From Minisyncoccota bacterium (GTDB taxonomy: Bacteria > Patescibacteriota > Minisyncoccia > Phycocordibacterales > Phycocordibacteraceae): a stretch of DNA of 64,000 nucleotides. The translations under genes and the position numbers were made by a program. The notes under the pieces are model-generated. The model did not search any database, was not told the origin of the DNA, and worked only from the letters and a program-made list of their open reading frames with translations. The stretch spans positions 4,883 to 68,882 of the forward strand of contig JAQVIY010000002.1 in NCBI GenBank assembly GCA_028695415.1, given 5' to 3'. This document shows, one piece after another, positions 28,803-39,000 of the stretch (positions within the stretch are counted from its first letter, which is position 1; every line of letters begins with the position of its first letter).

Positions 28803-29009
28803 ATGGCATACCAAGCAGAACGAGAAGAGATAGAGATAAAGAAGTTCATCGATTATAAAGATGTCGCGTATCTGAAACAGTTCACGAATACGCACGCTAA
28901 GATGCTTGCGAAGAAGCGCACTGGCATCCCGTCAAACAAGCAGCGCGATATTATGCAGGCGGTAAAGCGCGCCCGCTACATGGCGCTCATGCCCTACGTC
29001 GCGGCATAG
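28803..29009 (+). CDS. rpsR: 30S ribosomal protein S18
   Basis: IDYKDV..LKQF, RTG....QR....AVKRAR.MAL.PY. Confidence 0.95.
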   Translation: MAYQAEREEIEIKKFIDYKDVAYLKQFTNTHAKMLAKKRTGIPSNKQRDIMQAVKRARYMALMPYVAA

Positions 29010-29012
29010 ACA

Positions 29013-29057
29013 CCCAAAACAGAAAACCGCCCCGAAGGGCGGTTTTCTGTTTTGGGG
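29013..29057. terminator. Bidirectional intrinsic terminator
   Basis: CCCAAAACAGAAAACCGCCC-GAA-GGGCGGTTTTCTGTTTTGGG long hairpin between convergent operons. Confidence 0.75.
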
Positions 29058-29062
29058 TCGCT

Positions 29063-29239
29063 TTAATTAGGGAGGTTAGGGTGGTCGCGTTCTTCGTCGA
29101 GTTCCGCTTCTTTATCGAGGAAGTCGTCGATATCCGCATCAACAAGCTCTGGCGGCATCGTGTCATCGCGATCGACTTCCGGCGTCACCGGCGCCTCTTC
29201 GGGCATCTCGTGTGGAGTATCGGGGAATCGTTCCGGCAT
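29063..29239 (-). CDS. Small acidic hypothetical protein (58 aa)
   Basis: ATG at 29239 directly after the efp stop; fills the gap to the terminator. Confidence 0.45.
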   Translation of the reverse strand: MPERFPDTPHEMPEEAPVTPEVDRDDTMPPELVDADIDDFLDKEAELDEERDHPNLPN

Positions 29240-29240
29240 A

Positions 29241-29816
29241 CTAGGCTTTCTCCATCCGCTCCGTGTATTCACCGGTGTCGGTATTGATGCGAACGATATC
29301 ACCTGGGTTGATAAAGAGCGGCACATTCGCTTTGGCACCGGTCGAGAGGGTGGCGAGTTTGGTGCCGCCCGAGACCGTATTGCCTTTGACCGCGGGCGGG
29401 GCTTCCGTCACCTCAAGATCCACCTTCACCGGTATTTTTATTGTCATCGGCTTCTCCTCATAGGTCAGCACCTCAACGACGGTGTTCGGGGAGAGCCACT
29501 GCACTTGATCATGCACCGTATCAGCGGGGAAGGAGAAGCGATTCTTCGGATTGCCCTCTTCGGCGAACCAACTCTCTTTGGCGTTGGTATAGAGGAATAC
29601 CGCGTTCATCCGCTCGGTCTCTGCTTCCTGAACCGTCTCGTTGGAGTGAAAGGAGATTTCAAGCACCTGACCGGTCACGAGATTCCGGAGCTTAGTCTGG
29701 TTGACCGGCTTTCTCTTCTGCATACGGAAGATGTGCGCCGACAATACCTCATACGGGGCATCGTTGTAGTCGATAATGCACTTTGGGAGGATTTCGTTAT
29801 ATGAGAGTACCGCCAT
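29241..29816 (-). CDS. efp: Elongation factor P
   Basis: KLRNL.TG, P.KV.L.V...PPAVKGNT..GG.K.A.L.TG....VPLFI..GD.VRINT.TGEY.ER. Confidence 0.93.
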   Translation of the reverse strand: MAVLSYNEILPKCIIDYNDAPYEVLSAHIFRMQKRKPVNQTKLRNLVTGQVLEISFHSNETVQEAETERMNAVFLYTNAKESWFAEEGNPKNRFSFPADTVHDQVQWLSPNTVVEVLTYEEKPMTIKIPVKVDLEVTEAPPAVKGNTVSGGTKLATLSTGAKANVPLFINPGDIVRINTDTGEYTERMEKA

Positions 29817-29983
29817 AGGTCTGAAACTAACAGTGGATAAAAATCGTTATAAAAAGTACCGCCAAGGGCGGATTAGTGTATGCCCCGTATGACTATACTC
29901 TATTTAGTATGCCGCCATATGAGGACTGTACACAGTAATAACTTAACTACCATGCGCCTTAGCGCAAAATAGTCATACGGGGT

Positions 29984-30577
29984 ATGCTAGCAGACATCAT
30001 GAGTTTATCAACTACCGACCCGAGCCAGCTCACGGATGCTGAGGTATTGGCGCGCTCATGGAAGGAGCCAGAACTTTTTGCCGTCCTCGTCCACCGCTAC
30101 GAAGCGCCTCTTCTGCGCCGTGCAAAGACGATACTCCGAAGCCCCGAGGACGCCGAGGAGGCAGTGCAAGACGCCTTCACTAAGATGTATCTCTACGCGG
30201 ACAAATATAAGCCGCAAGAAGGCGCGAGCTTCTCTTCGTGGATGTACACCATTCTCAATCGCGTCGCCTATACTAAGTACACTGCACGGCGCAAAGAGTG
30301 GGAGAAAACAGCCGAGCTCGAGCCCGAACATTACGAAGCGTTGCCGGACGTGCATGCCGAATTCCTCGAAGATCTCTCGATACGTGATGAAGTCATCAGT
30401 GCGCTCTCGAAGCTGCCCGAGACGGCGTCGAAGATATTGCGGATGCAATTTATAGAAGGGAAGACGCAGGAGGAGATAGCCACCGAAGAGCATCTCTCCA
30501 TACCGGCGGTGAAGACGCGGGTACATCGAGCTAAGAAGCTTTTCAAACAATCGTATGATGAACAACACTATGACTAA
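29984..30577 (+). CDS. ECF (sigma-70 family) RNA polymerase sigma factor
   Basis: F..LV.RY, DAEE.VQD.F, FSSW.Y.I, region 4 EIA......TVKTRVHRAKK-like. Confidence 0.9.
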   Translation: MLADIMSLSTTDPSQLTDAEVLARSWKEPELFAVLVHRYEAPLLRRAKTILRSPEDAEEAVQDAFTKMYLYADKYKPQEGASFSSWMYTILNRVAYTKYTARRKEWEKTAELEPEHYEALPDVHAEFLEDLSIRDEVISALSKLPETASKILRMQFIEGKTQEEIATEEHLSIPAVKTRVHRAKKLFKQSYDEQHYD

Positions 30578-30899
30578 TTCTCACACCGACATAGAACGCA
30601 TTGTGATGCGTCGCGTGCGTCTCATACGCGTACTAAAACTCATCATCTCGACCGTAGTGTTCGCCATCATGACCGCGGTCGCGGCGCTGTGGGGCATTGG
30701 CAAAAAGGTGTGGGTCGCGCGCGTCTTCGAGAACGCCCCGCCCAATCTCGATGACCTGCCGAGATTCTATCTCGCCGCTTTCACGCACACCAACCTTATT
30801 GTGCAGGCGCTCACGCTCCTCACGCTCCTCTCGCTTGTTTATCTGGCGATTGAGATCGCACGACTTATCACGGATGTCGCGAGGTCGCCTCGCCCTTAG
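30570..30899 (+). CDS. Two-TM protein downstream of the ECF sigma (anti-sigma candidate)
   Basis: Overlaps the sigma stop; two hydrophobic segments. Confidence 0.55.
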   Translation: MTNSHTDIERIVMRRVRLIRVLKLIISTVVFAIMTAVAALWGIGKKVWVARVFENAPPNLDDLPRFYLAAFTHTNLIVQALTLLTLLSLVYLAIEIARLITDVARSPRP

Positions 30900-31945
30900 C
30901 TCTCTGCGAGCTTCGCTTTTATCTGTTTCAAAAGCTCTTTGGCAATATCTTTATTGGTGTGGAGGAAGGTGCGCGAAGCGTCGTAGCCGACCGCGAGCTT
31001 CTCGCCATTGAACCGGTACGTAGCTCCGGACTTTTCTACGAGCCCGTACTTCTCGCCGAGCGCGAGGAGCTCGCCCTCGCGGCTGATGCCTTCGTTATAG
31101 AGGAGGTCGAACTCAGTCGTCTTGAAAGGCGCGGCGACTTTGTTCTTCACTACCTTCACTCGTACTCTGCCTCCCACGACTTCTTCGCCCTTCTTTATCG
31201 AGGCAATACGGCGGATGTCGAGACGCACTGAGGTATAGAACTTGAGCGCCTTGCCGCCCGGCGTCGTCTCGGGGTTGCCGAACATCACGCCAATCTGCAT
31301 GCGTATCTGATTGATGAAAATAACGATGGTTTTCGAACGTGCGGCGATAGCCGTGAGCTTTCTCAGCGCTTGGCTCATGAGTCGTGCCTGCTTACCGACA
31401 TGCTGCTGGCCCATCTCTCCCTCTATTTCGTCTTTCGGAGTGAGCGCGGCAACCGAATCAACGACGATAATATCTATATTGCCGCTCCGCACGAGCGATT
31501 CGACGATATCAAGCGCCTGTTCGCCCGTATCCGGTTGGGAGATGAGGAGCTCCTGAAGCTTCACGCCGATGCGCCGTGCGTACTCCGGATCAAGCGCATG
31601 TTCGGCATCAACGAATGCGGCAACGCCGCCGGCTTTCTGCGCCTCGGCGATAACGTGAAGCGCAAGGGTCGTCTTACCTGAGGATTCGGGACCGAATATC
31701 TCGATGATACGTCCGCGAGGAACACCGCCAACACCGAGCGCGGCGTCGAGCCCTATGGAGCCGGTCGGTATCACCGGAACCTTTTGCGGTGAACCGGCAC
31801 CGTAGGTCGTGATGGATTCATCGCCGAACTTCGTGCGAATCTCTTTGAGCGCATGTTCGATAGATTTTTGCCGTTCGCTCTTATCTGTACTCGCTACGGA
31901 GACTGTCTTGAGCGTCTTTTCTTTTTTTGGTTTACCGAAAGCCAT
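30896..31945 (-). CDS. recA: Recombinase A
   Basis: [49 protein letters not shown]. Confidence 0.98.
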   Translation of the reverse strand: MAFGKPKKEKTLKTVSVASTDKSERQKSIEHALKEIRTKFGDESITTYGAGSPQKVPVIPTGSIGLDAALGVGGVPRGRIIEIFGPESSGKTTLALHVIAEAQKAGGVAAFVDAEHALDPEYARRIGVKLQELLISQPDTGEQALDIVESLVRSGNIDIIVVDSVAALTPKDEIEGEMGQQHVGKQARLMSQALRKLTAIAARSKTIVIFINQIRMQIGVMFGNPETTPGGKALKFYTSVRLDIRRIASIKKGEEVVGGRVRVKVVKNKVAAPFKTTEFDLLYNEGISREGELLALGEKYGLVEKSGATYRFNGEKLAVGYDASRTFLHTNKDIAKELLKQIKAKLAES

Positions 31946-31959
31946 AATAAATGAGTTCG

Positions 31960-32040
31960 TTAGGCGCTAGGCTCTAGGCGTTAGCTGATTTGAATAATAG
32001 CATTTTTACTAGATGCTAGTGCCTAAAGCCTATGAGCTAG
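31960..32040. repeat. Heptamer-unit (TAGGCGC/TAGGCTC) inverted repeat
   Basis: TTAGGCGCTAGGCTCTAGGCGTTAG ... CTAGTGCCTAAAGCCTA. Confidence 0.6.
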
Positions 32041-32041
32041 T

Positions 32042-32365
32042 TCAGGGGACGAAGATGGAACGAGTCGCGGTTACCGTTCTGCCGAAGCGGTCAGCGGCTA
32101 CAAAGGTAAGTATAGAGCCTCCGCGCGGAAAGGTAAGAGTTGACGAGAAGTTACCCTCGGGGTCATGGAGAAGGGGGGCGCCGTTCAATGAGAGCTGTGC
32201 GGCGCGTGCGGCTTGCCCGCGGACACTCACAATGCCATTCGGATACGGGGCGTCCTGTCGCGGAGAAGCGATGAAGAGGGAAGGGCCGGACAATAGAGGC
32301 CACGCCTCAATGAGACCGTATATGAAAATGAGGGAGAGTACGAAGACGATGAAATGCCGGGTCAT
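32042..32365 (-). CDS. Small membrane-anchored Ig-like protein
   Basis: TM then GP.L.I.SP, V.G.A, L.LNG, G.F...L, A.DRFGR beta-sandwich pattern. Confidence 0.7.
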   Translation of the reverse strand: MTRHFIVFVLSLIFIYGLIEAWPLLSGPSLFIASPRQDAPYPNGIVSVRGQAARAAQLSLNGAPLLHDPEGNFSSTLTFPRGGSILTFVAADRFGRTVTATRSIFVP

Positions 32366-32370
32366 GCGGA

Positions 32371-34581
32371 TCAGAACGAATCATCCCCGCTCTCTTCAGT
32401 AGGGGCGTTTGAGGTGCTGCGCGAGAGTATCTCGCGCGGCTTACTGCCGTCTGCCGCACCGATAACACCATGCTCCTCAAGGACGTCCATCAGCCGTGCG
32501 GCGCGCGAGTAGCCTATCTTGAGCTTGCGCTGCAGGTAGCTGGTGGAGGCGCGTCCGGCCTCCTCGACCGCTTGCTTAGCGTCTTCATAGAGATCATCGT
32601 CAATGTCATCATCAAAACCTCCATTCACGAGTCCGATAACGTCATTCGGCTCCATGTTTTGAACGCCCGTCGTCCCGTTACCGCCGAGGTCGATAGAGGA
32701 AAGATCTCCCGCATTATGACTCTTGATGTAGCTGACGACTTTCTTCACTTCAGCTTCGCTTATGAACGCCGTCTGGATACGCACGGGCTTCTGCATATCG
32801 CTTGAGAGATAGAGCATGTCGCCAGCGCCAAGCAGGGTCTCCGCACCTGAACCGTCGAGGATAGTACGCGAGTCTATCTGCGAGGCGACCTGGAGCGCCA
32901 TACGGGTTGGCACGTTCGCCTTGATGAGGCCGGTGATGACGTTGACTGATGGGCGCTGGGTAGAGAGAACGAGGTGGATACCGACAGCGCGGGACATCTG
33001 CGCGAGGCGGACGATGGAGCTCTCGAGCTCGCGCGGGTACGTGTGCATAATATCAGCGAGCTCATCGATCATAATGACAATGTAGGGAAGGGCCTCGGGC
33101 ATATTCTCCTTACCGGCTTTCTTGGCCGGTTCGTACACATTTGAATGATACGAAGCTATATCGCGCACGTGCTCGGTCTCGAGGATATTGTAACGGCGAT
33201 CCATCTCCTTTGCCGCCCACTTGAGAGACATGATGGTCTTCTTCGGATCGGTGATGACTGGTGTGAGGAGGTGCGGTATGCCGTTGTACGCGGTGAGCTC
33301 GACGCGCTTCGGGTCGATCATGATGAAGCGCAGCTGGTTCGGGCCATTACGATAGAGAAGGGAGGTGATGAGCGCATGAATAGCAACCGACTTACCTGAG
33401 CCGGTGGCGCCCGCGACGAGCGCGTGCGGCATCTTCGCGATATTCACGTAATGCGGGGTACCGGTGATGTCGCGGCCGAGCGCAGCGAGAAGCGGCTTCG
33501 TGCTTTCGGTCCACTCAGGCGCGCTCATAAGGCCGCCAAGCCCGACCATCGCTTTGGTAGTATTCGGCACCTCGATACCGACAAGCGATTTGCCCGGTAT
33601 CGGCGCCTCGATGCGTACCGGGTGTGCAGCAAGCGCGAGCTCAAGATTGTTCGCCAGCGAGACTATCTTAGAGAGGCGGACACCTTCGGCAGGCTTCACT
33701 GCGTAGCGCGTGACGGTCGGCCCGACCGACACCTCGTCCATCTCTAGATTGATGCCAAAGTTTTGGAATGTGCGTTTGATAATATTCGCATTCGCCTTGA
33801 TATCACCGACCCCCGGCTTACCCTTATCGGCGCCGAGTATCGAGAGCGGGGGAGCCTCATATTCGGCGTCGAAGTTCGATATGCCCGAGCCCGAATGCGC
33901 TTCTCCGCGATTGAACACGGTCACGACCGGTTCGTGCTCGGGAGGAGTTTCTTCCTCCTCCTCGGGCTCTTCTTCGTATTCAGGTACGCCAACAACGTCA
34001 TCAAACTCTTCAGAAAGCCCTTCCTCATCCTCTTCTTCCTCCCGTGGGTGGCGCATGCGCCCCCATATAGAAAGAACGTTCTCGGTCATGAGAGCCACGA
34101 GCATCTCAATATCGGTTGCAACAGCGACACCGATCGAGAGCGCCGCGATGAGGAGTACGAAGGCACCCCAGAAACCAAAGAATCCTGATACCGCCCCGCC
34201 GATCCACGAGCCCGCGGCTCCGCCGAACGTCGCGCCAGGGAAGAGTCCTGCGAAGGCTAGTACCGACGCGGCAATAAGAATAAGGCCTGAGGCAGTGAGC
34301 GGAGCAATAGAGGGGCGGCCGAAGCCAGCATAGAGACCTACCGAGATAAGAGCGATAGGCAAGAGGAACGCACCGATGCCGACTATCGCATAGGAGAAAG
34401 AAAAGACAGCGCCTCCAGCCGGACCCGCAGCGCCGAAGACCGCGAGACCAAGGAGTACGCCCGCAGCGAGGAGGACGATAGCAGAGGCGTAGCGGATAAG
34501 CGCATCGTATTCTTTTACCTCCTCCTCGCGCGCGCGCCGGCGTCCCTTACCGTTGCCGTTCTTGCCGTCTTTGCGAGCCAT
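32371..34581 (-). CDS. ftsK: DNA translocase FtsK
   Basis: N-terminal TMs, RIEAPIPGK, GATGSGKS, IDELAD, TQRPS, gamma domain STSYLQRKLKIGYSRAAR; start re-called at 34581. Confidence 0.96.
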   Translation of the reverse strand: MARKDGKNGNGKGRRRAREEEVKEYDALIRYASAIVLLAAGVLLGLAVFGAAGPAGGAVFSFSYAIVGIGAFLLPIALISVGLYAGFGRPSIAPLTASGLILIAASVLAFAGLFPGATFGGAAGSWIGGAVSGFFGFWGAFVLLIAALSIGVAVATDIEMLVALMTENVLSIWGRMRHPREEEEDEEGLSEEFDDVVGVPEYEEEPEEEEETPPEHEPVVTVFNRGEAHSGSGISNFDAEYEAPPLSILGADKGKPGVGDIKANANIIKRTFQNFGINLEMDEVSVGPTVTRYAVKPAEGVRLSKIVSLANNLELALAAHPVRIEAPIPGKSLVGIEVPNTTKAMVGLGGLMSAPEWTESTKPLLAALGRDITGTPHYVNIAKMPHALVAGATGSGKSVAIHALITSLLYRNGPNQLRFIMIDPKRVELTAYNGIPHLLTPVITDPKKTIMSLKWAAKEMDRRYNILETEHVRDIASYHSNVYEPAKKAGKENMPEALPYIVIMIDELADIMHTYPRELESSIVRLAQMSRAVGIHLVLSTQRPSVNVITGLIKANVPTRMALQVASQIDSRTILDGSGAETLLGAGDMLYLSSDMQKPVRIQTAFISEAEVKKVVSYIKSHNAGDLSSIDLGGNGTTGVQNMEPNDVIGLVNGGFDDDIDDDLYEDAKQAVEEAGRASTSYLQRKLKIGYSRAARLMDVLEEHGVIGAADGSKPREILSRSTSNAPTEESGDDSF

Positions 34582-34712
34582 GATGCGTCTATTGTACCAT
34601 TGAGGACGCCTGCCCCGTATCAACTCAACTCACATTATGTTTTGTGCATCTCATATCGTGATCGACATTAGTTGCAAGGGAGTTGATGCGGGGTATACTG
34701 TCCGATATAACT

Positions 34713-35510
34713 ATGAGACACGGACAATCATATATAGGACAGAGCACTGAAATCCGTAAAATAAAGCCAGACGGGAAACATGCTCGACCGGAAGATTTTG
34801 TCCTAGAAAAAAGCATATTTGCTAACATATTTGAAAAGGACATTCGAAGAGTTTACATATACAAGAAGGCTGAACGCCTTGCCAAAGCTATCCACCTCAT
34901 CGCGCCGGCCTTCGTTGAATCGGTGTCATTGAAGAACCGGATAGACGCTATTGCCGTCGGTCTTATAGACGCGGCGATATTGCCGCCGGGCACCTCTCGT
35001 ACGGCGCTTTCACGCGAGCTCCTGGCGCTCTCAAGTGCGCTTTCTATTGCGCGCACAAGCGGCGTTCTCTCCGCGATGAACGCCGAGCTCATCGTTCGCG
35101 AAGCTCATATGTTGCTTCACGAAGTCGCCGCGTACGAAGAGCCGCGCTTGTCTTTCGACGAGACGCCGACCCTCTCTTCGCTCGCTAAAGATACGTTCTC
35201 GCGAGAAACCCCGAACGAGTATCGCGAGGCGCCGATAAAGCGCGCCGCTGTGCACCCTGCGGGCAAAGAAAGTCATAAAGGACATGTAAAGGACATACCG
35301 CACGCACCGAACAGCTCTGTAAAGGACAGACGCGACGCTATTTTGTCCGTTATAAAAAATAAAGGCACGGCAAGCATAAAAGACATATCGACCCTCGTGC
35401 GAGGCGTCTCGGAGAAGACCATTCAGCGCGAGCTCGCAGCGCTTATAGGCTCGGGAGAGGTTTTGAAGCAGGGAGAGCGCCGCTGGAGCACCTACTCATT
35501 AGCTGGTTAG
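34713..35510 (+). CDS. Helical-bundle N domain plus C-terminal winged-HTH (DeoR-like) DNA-binding protein
   Basis: IYKKAERLAKAIHL helical bundle; R..AIL..IK.......KDI......SEKTIQREL..L...G...K.GERRWS.Y wHTH. Confidence 0.75.
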   Translation: MRHGQSYIGQSTEIRKIKPDGKHARPEDFVLEKSIFANIFEKDIRRVYIYKKAERLAKAIHLIAPAFVESVSLKNRIDAIAVGLIDAAILPPGTSRTALSRELLALSSALSIARTSGVLSAMNAELIVREAHMLLHEVAAYEEPRLSFDETPTLSSLAKDTFSRETPNEYREAPIKRAAVHPAGKESHKGHVKDIPHAPNSSVKDRRDAILSVIKNKGTASIKDISTLVRGVSEKTIQRELAALIGSGEVLKQGERRWSTYSLAG

Positions 35511-35585
35511 GCTCTAGGCGCTAGGCTCTAGCTAACCATTAAACCCTAACGCCAAGCGCCTAAAGCCTAGCGTCTAGCGCCTAGG
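35507..35585. repeat. Heptamer-unit (TAGGCTC/TAGGCGC) inverted repeat
   Basis: TAGGCTCTAGGCGCTAGGCTCTAG ... GCGCCTAAAGCCTAGCGTCTAGCGCCTAG; same family as 31960 and 51107. Confidence 0.65.
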
Positions 35586-36028
35586 TATGCTAGTATCGAC
35601 TCGTGGTAGCGACTAGGGCAGAGAAGTAAAAAAAGACCGGGAATCGGTCTCTTTTGCGTTTCTGTCATACGCCAGTTATCCACATACCACACTGTAGGGG
35701 CTGTATATATAGATATATACTAATCCCTAGTCCTTCCGGGGATTTTTGTTCCCGAAGGGGCGTACTTTGATAACTGAATAGTCCAGCCCCAGTTTTGTAA
35801 CGGGACTCCATGTGTATATATGGAACTCGCTTAATGAAGCTGGGGAATTGCTTGTGGCGATCGCGCTACAAAACTGGGGCTGGACATCAACCCTTGCCAA
35901 CTAACCCATGGCGCACTGGTCGATACCGTGCGCTGTGGGGTAGTGTGAAATTGAAAGTGCTCAAGCGTGCTCTCAATGTGCAACTCTTACTTGATTATCA
36001 CGTGCGACTAAAATCATTAATAATCGTT

Positions 36029-39000
36029 ATGAAAACGGTAACTACAAAGGCGATCGCGAAGGTCGCAGCAGTGGCGACCGGACTCGCGATGGCAACATCG
36101 ATGCTCTCTCTCGCGCCTATGGCGCATGCAGCGAGCCTCACTGCCTCGCAGGTCTCGTCGATTCTCTCGCTCCTCTCTTCGTTCGGTGCAGGTGCTGATA
36201 CGATCGCAAACGTCAACGCAGCGCTCACGGGTGCTCCGGTGACGACCACTACCACCACGACGACCGGCTCGTCTTACACCTTTACGCGCGACCTCACGGT
36301 CGGCTCGAAGGGTGCAGACGTGACGGCGCTCCAGAATGCTCTTATTGCTAAGGGCTTCAGCATTGCAGCAGGCGCAACGGGCTACTTCGGTGCCCAGACG
36401 GTCGCTGCAGTGAAGGCGTGGCAGGTGTCAGCAGGCGTCACGCCGGCTGCCGGCTACTTCGGTCCTAAGTCTCGCGCAGCCTTCGGTGGCGGCGTCTCGA
36501 CTGGCGGTACGACTACTACCACGACTGGCGGTACGGTGACTGCCGGCACGGGCAATGGCCTCAAGGTCATGCTCGCAGCTGACTCTCCGAACAACGTCGC
36601 GCTCGTCGCAGGTCAAGCTATCGGCGCAATTGCGAAGTTCACCTTCGCGAACCCGACTTCAGCTGAAATCAAGGTCACAAACCTTGGTCTCAAGCGTACG
36701 GGTATCAGCAATGATGCGACGATCTCAAATGTCTACCTCTACAATGGGGCAACTCGCCTCACTGATGCAGGCGGCGTTTCAAGCGGCGCATTCAGCTTCA
36801 ACGATCCGACCGGTCTCTTCACAGTGCCGGCAGGTCAGACCGTCTCGATCTCTGTTCTTGCAGATATCGCTACGGGCACCTCGGGTCAGCAGGTTGGCGC
36901 GCAGCTCGTCTCGGTCACTTCGACCGGCACGCTCGATTCCTCTGTAGCGTTCCCGATCAACGGGTACACACAGACAGTCTCGTCGGCTACGCTCGCAACG
37001 GTTGACTACGGTGCTACTACGCTTCCGGCAGAGAACACTGCTTTGACCCCGGCAAATGATGTCACGGTCTGGCAGAACACAGTAACTATCGGAACGCGCG
37101 CAGTGACGCTCAAGTCATTCCAGCTTCAGAACATCGGTTCTGTAGCGGCGACAGATGTCAACAATCTTCGCCTCTATGTGGACGGTGTCCAGACTGGCAG
37201 TGCAGCATCAATCAACGCAAACAACATCGTTACCTGGGATCTCTCCGCAGCCCCGCTTCGTCTTGAGACGGGCGGCCGCGTGATCAAGGTCGTCGGTGAT
37301 GTTGTCGGCGGTTCAAGCCTCACATTCAAGCTTGACCTCCGTCGCGCGTCTGATGCACAGATGGTCGACACTGACCTTAATCAGCCGGTGCTCGCGACAG
37401 CGGCCGGTTCCGCGTTCTCTGCTCGCCACGGTGGCGTACAGACGGTCGCTTCAGGAACCGTATCGGTTGTAAAGGCAGCGAACTCGCCTTCAGCGAACGT
37501 CTCCCTTGGTGCGTCGAACGTCAAATGGGCTAGCTACGAGATGCGTGCAGCCGGTGAAGATGTGAAGATTGATAACCTCGATGTTATGGCCATGACCTCA
37601 AATGATCATGGTCTCGACAATGGTAAGATCTTCCTCAACGGCGTACAGGTTGGTTCTACCAAGGACCTTACTGACAGCAACGGCTCAACTGGTGCGGTGA
37701 ACTTCACCTTCGGCTCGTCCTTCATCTTGAAGGCGGGTGCGACGGCTATCGTCGATGTCTACGCTGACGCGAAGACCTCGACCGGTGCCGCGTACACGAG
37801 CGGTGAGACTGCCCAGATCCGCCTCTTCTACACCGCAAGCTCTGCGAACGGTACAGGTCAGGTGTCACTCTCGAGCATCGATGTCCCGGGTTCGAATGTC
37901 GATGGCAACGCCATCACACTCTCGTCCTCGACAGTTACGATGACGAAGTACTCGGGCTATGGCAATCAGACCATGATTGCCGGCACGAGCGGTGCACGCC
38001 TCGGTTCCTTCGTTCTCTCCACCGGTTCTACCGAGGGAGTGAATGTGAACACGATCGCGGTGACGCTCTCGGCTAATGAGGCCGCAACTGTTACGGACCT
38101 CAAGCTCGTCGATAACGCAACGGGTGCACAGATTGGTACGGTGAAGCCGACCCCGGCTTCTGGTGCATCTGGCAACTCGTTCTCGGTGAACCTCAACATT
38201 TCGGCTTCCGGGACGAAGGTCATCGATGTTATCGGCAGCATCAAGTCCAGCAGCAATGTCGGTCCGTGGATTGCCGCGGTTGATGGCTCGGGCACCGGTA
38301 TTTCGACCGGTTCCTCAGTCACCTTCGGCGATTCGACCTCCGGCACGCTCCAGACGATTACTGTCAGCACTGCCGATCTTACCGCAGCAGTCGGCGTATC
38401 GCCGAACAATGCGAATGTGATTGCAGGCGCATCGATGGTGAAGGTCGGCTCGTTCGACTTCACTTCGCGATACTCGTACTGGAACGTGGATAAGATCCGC
38501 GTGACGGTTCCGAGCAATGCCGCAACCTCGGTTGCTTCAGTTGTTCTCGCGTACCCTGATGTCTCTGGCAACACGGTACAGTCGACGGCAGTCCTCGCAT
38601 CCCCTGCTTCTACGGAGGTAAATGCGACGGCTACCTTCACCGGACTCACCTTCTACATCCCGGCAAACACGACGAAGAAGCTTGACGTATACGTCAACCT
38701 CGCTTCGATCCAGAATGACGGTGATACAGGAAAGTCGATCACGGTAACGCTCGACAGCACTGGCGGCTTCAACAAGACCGACTCTGCTGGCACAGTGAAC
38801 ACGACCTTGAATGCAAGCGACCTTGCGTCGAATGCAACGAGCGGAAAGGGTACGATGTACGTAAGGAAGTCGCTCCCGACCATCTCGGCAGTCGCGCTCG
38901 ATTCCACGACGCTTAGCGCAGGAACGAACAAGACCATCGCTCGCTTCAAGGTTACTGCAGATGCAGCTGGCGATATCGCCTGGGCAAAGGTTGCCTTCAA

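Noticed and set aside
35810-36028. 73-aa N-terminal extension of the S-layer-like ORF
   Set aside because: Signal peptide begins at ATG 36029; the upstream part is a structured leader.
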